The position numbers were made by a program, and so were the translations under genes. DNA of 32,000 nucleotides from Opitutales bacterium (GTDB lineage Bacteria; Verrucomicrobiota; Verrucomicrobiia; Opitutales; PNEW01): the NCBI GenBank assembly GCA_965219535.1, contig CBDCNV010000002.1:1380001-1412000 (forward strand), in the 5' to 3' direction. The notes beneath the pieces were generated by a model, which made no database searches, had not been told where the DNA came from, and worked only from the letters and a program-made list of their open reading frames with translations. Below are positions 30,384 to 32,000 of this stretch, piece by piece (position 1 is the stretch's first letter; the number at the start of each line of letters is the position of its first letter).

Positions 30384-31145
30384 ATGGGGAAATTAACGGG
30401 TAAAGTTGCGCTGGTAACGGGCGGGGGTCGTGGACTTGGTCGGGCTTATGCGCTGCACCTGGCGAAACTGGGGGCGGATGTGGTGGTTAATGATATCAGC
30501 ATGAAAGCGCATGAAGAGTACAATGAGGAAATCGGCGCGGACTCCGTTCCGGAAGAGATAGAAGCTCTGGGTGTGCAGGGCGTGGGGATTGTCGCTGATG
30601 TGTCTGATAAAAAGCAGGTCGAGAAGATGGTGGCCGATATAGACGCAAAGTTCGGCCAACTGGATATTTTGATAAACAATGCGGGTGGCGCGCTCTGGGG
30701 AGCCCGGGATTTTGATCCGATGTTTGCCTTGAATTTTCACGGGACAGTCTACTGTTGCGAGGCGGTCGCGGAAATTATGAAACGGCAGGGATCGGGCAAG
30801 ATTGTTAATGTGGGCAGTCAGGCTGGAATGCGGGGAGGTGAAGGCGGTGCGTATGCAACAGCGAAGGCAGCAGTGATTCATTATACCCGCTGTTTGGCGC
30901 TGAGCCTGGGACCGCATCAGATAAATGTAAACTGCATTGCACCGGCCTGGATATTAAGTTCACGCGCTATTGCGGGAGGTCGAGGAGAGAAGGAGACACG
31001 TGAAAAACTGGAGGCTACTATTGCCCTCGGTCGATTGGGTGTGCCGGATGACTGTGCAAAAGTCATTGAGTTTCTGGTCACGGATTTGTCAGACTATGTG
31101 ACCGGACAGACGATCGCGGTGTGTGGTGGCAATGTGCTGTTTTAA
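30384..31145 (+). CDS. Short-chain dehydrogenase/reductase (FabG-like SDR)
   Basis: The ORF track starts at a GTG (30327) inside a repeat array. I prefer the ATG at 30384 (MGKLTGKVALVTGGGRGLG). Motifs TGxxxGxG, NNAG and YATAKAA (YxxxK). Confidence 0.9.
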   Translation: MGKLTGKVALVTGGGRGLGRAYALHLAKLGADVVVNDISMKAHEEYNEEIGADSVPEEIEALGVQGVGIVADVSDKKQVEKMVADIDAKFGQLDILINNAGGALWGARDFDPMFALNFHGTVYCCEAVAEIMKRQGSGKIVNVGSQAGMRGGEGGAYATAKAAVIHYTRCLALSLGPHQINVNCIAPAWILSSRAIAGGRGEKETREKLEATIALGRLGVPDDCAKVIEFLVTDLSDYVTGQTIAVCGGNVLF

Positions 31146-31156
31146 ACGGAGCCTAT

Positions 31157-32000
31157 ATGAAGATAACTGAGATCAAACCCATCCTCACCGATCGTTATCT
31201 ACTTGTTCGTGTCTATACCGATGCTGGCATTGTGGGCAATGGCGAATCCGGTTGTTGGGCGCATCATAAACCAGTAGCTGAGACAATCAGGGAATTCAGC
31301 AATTACTTTATTGGCAAAGATCCCCGGTTAATCGAGCACCACCACCAGGTGTTGTCGCGGCAGACCCATTTTATGGGGGCGGTGATCAGTTCAGCGCTCA
31401 GCGCAATAGATATTGCGCTGTGGGATATTTTAGGAAAGTCGGTTGACCTGCCGGTGTATCAACTCCTTGGAGGAAAATGTCGCGAGAAGGTGCGGGTTTT
31501 TAATAACGTCAATGGCGATACTCTCGATGAGCGGGTCGCGTCGGCAAATCAAGCTGTTGTCGACGGGTTCACCTCATTGAGAATGACACCATTCTTCAGT
31601 GGGTTTGAAGAAAAGGATTCTACCGAGGTAATCACGACGGCCGTAGAGATGGTGGCTGCCGTGCGCGGTGCGGTTGGCGATAAGATTGACCTGGGTCTTG
31701 AGATCCATCGGAACCTTCAGCCCGATGAAGCGATCACCCTCGCGCAGGAACTGCGACCCTTTAAACTCAAATATTATGAAGACCCTCTCGCGCCCGAATG
31801 CAATGAAGCCCTTGAATATATCGCGCGTCAAATTGACATCCCGATGGCTGTTGGTGAACGCAGTTACAATCTGTTTCAATTTAAGGAACTGATTGATAAA
31901 AAAATCGCGTCGTTTATTCGTCCTGACGTGTCTCTCGCGGGTGGCTTTACCCAGGTGAAAAAAATCGCGGGGATTGCGGAGTCTGCTTTTGTGCAAATAT
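31157..32000 (+). CDS. Enolase-superfamily dehydratase (galactonate/mannonate-dehydratase-like); 3' end off-window
   Basis: Not in the ORF track because the frame is still open at the window edge. My manual translation from the ATG at 31157 found no stop: MKITEIKPILTDRYLLVRVYTDAGIVGNGES...DIALWDILGK...PVYQLLGG...YYEDP...AVGER.... It starts 11 nt after the SDR stop, so the two are probably co-transcribed. Confidence 0.85.
   Translation, partial: MKITEIKPILTDRYLLVRVYTDAGIVGNGESGCWAHHKPVAETIREFSNYFIGKDPRLIEHHHQVLSRQTHFMGAVISSALSAIDIALWDILGKSVDLPVYQLLGGKCREKVRVFNNVNGDTLDERVASANQAVVDGFTSLRMTPFFSGFEEKDSTEVITTAVEMVAAVRGAVGDKIDLGLEIHRNLQPDEAITLAQELRPFKLKYYEDPLAPECNEALEYIARQIDIPMAVGERSYNLFQFKELIDKKIASFIRPDVSLAGGFTQVKKIAGIAESAFVQI

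Overview
This is a 32-kb bacterial chromosomal segment, densely coding on both strands. I support 21 protein genes, one frameshifted gene, and one complete plus one edge-truncated copy of the same IS481-family insertion sequence. I saw no rRNA, tRNA or CRISPR array by eye.

Coding content:
- Two paralogous fused ABC-importer proteins (membrane anchor + family-5 solute-binding domain + DppB-type permease; 956 and about 1091 aa). Each is divergently paired with a PhyH-type Fe(II)/2-oxoglutarate dioxygenase, followed by an Asp-box beta-propeller protein.
- Six Fe(II)/2OG-oxygenase-like genes in total.
- A PAL-like NHL propeller, a beta-lactamase-fold serine hydrolase, a leaderless Cys-type sulfatase and a 680-aa ankyrin-repeat protein.
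- A Gfo/Idh/MocA oxidoreductase split by a frameshift, next to a TIM-barrel isomerase.
- An SDR plus enolase-superfamily dehydratase pair.

This inventory resembles marine PVC-group heterotrophs, but that is inference only.

The most unusual signal is non-coding. Every intergenic spacer longer than about 60 bp is tiled by a shared library of 7-8 nt tandem-repeat modules, GCGC mini-hairpins and longer motifs, reused in different orders and orientations.
- One roughly 30-nt motif carries a hairpin with compensatory base changes between copies.
- Some arrays abut start codons.
- Some arrays supply the stop codons and C-terminal tails of unrelated genes.
- Some arrays form G-quadruplex-type or inverted arms directly after stop codons.

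Coordinates of non-coding elements were counted by hand from ORF anchors and may be off by 1-2 nt.
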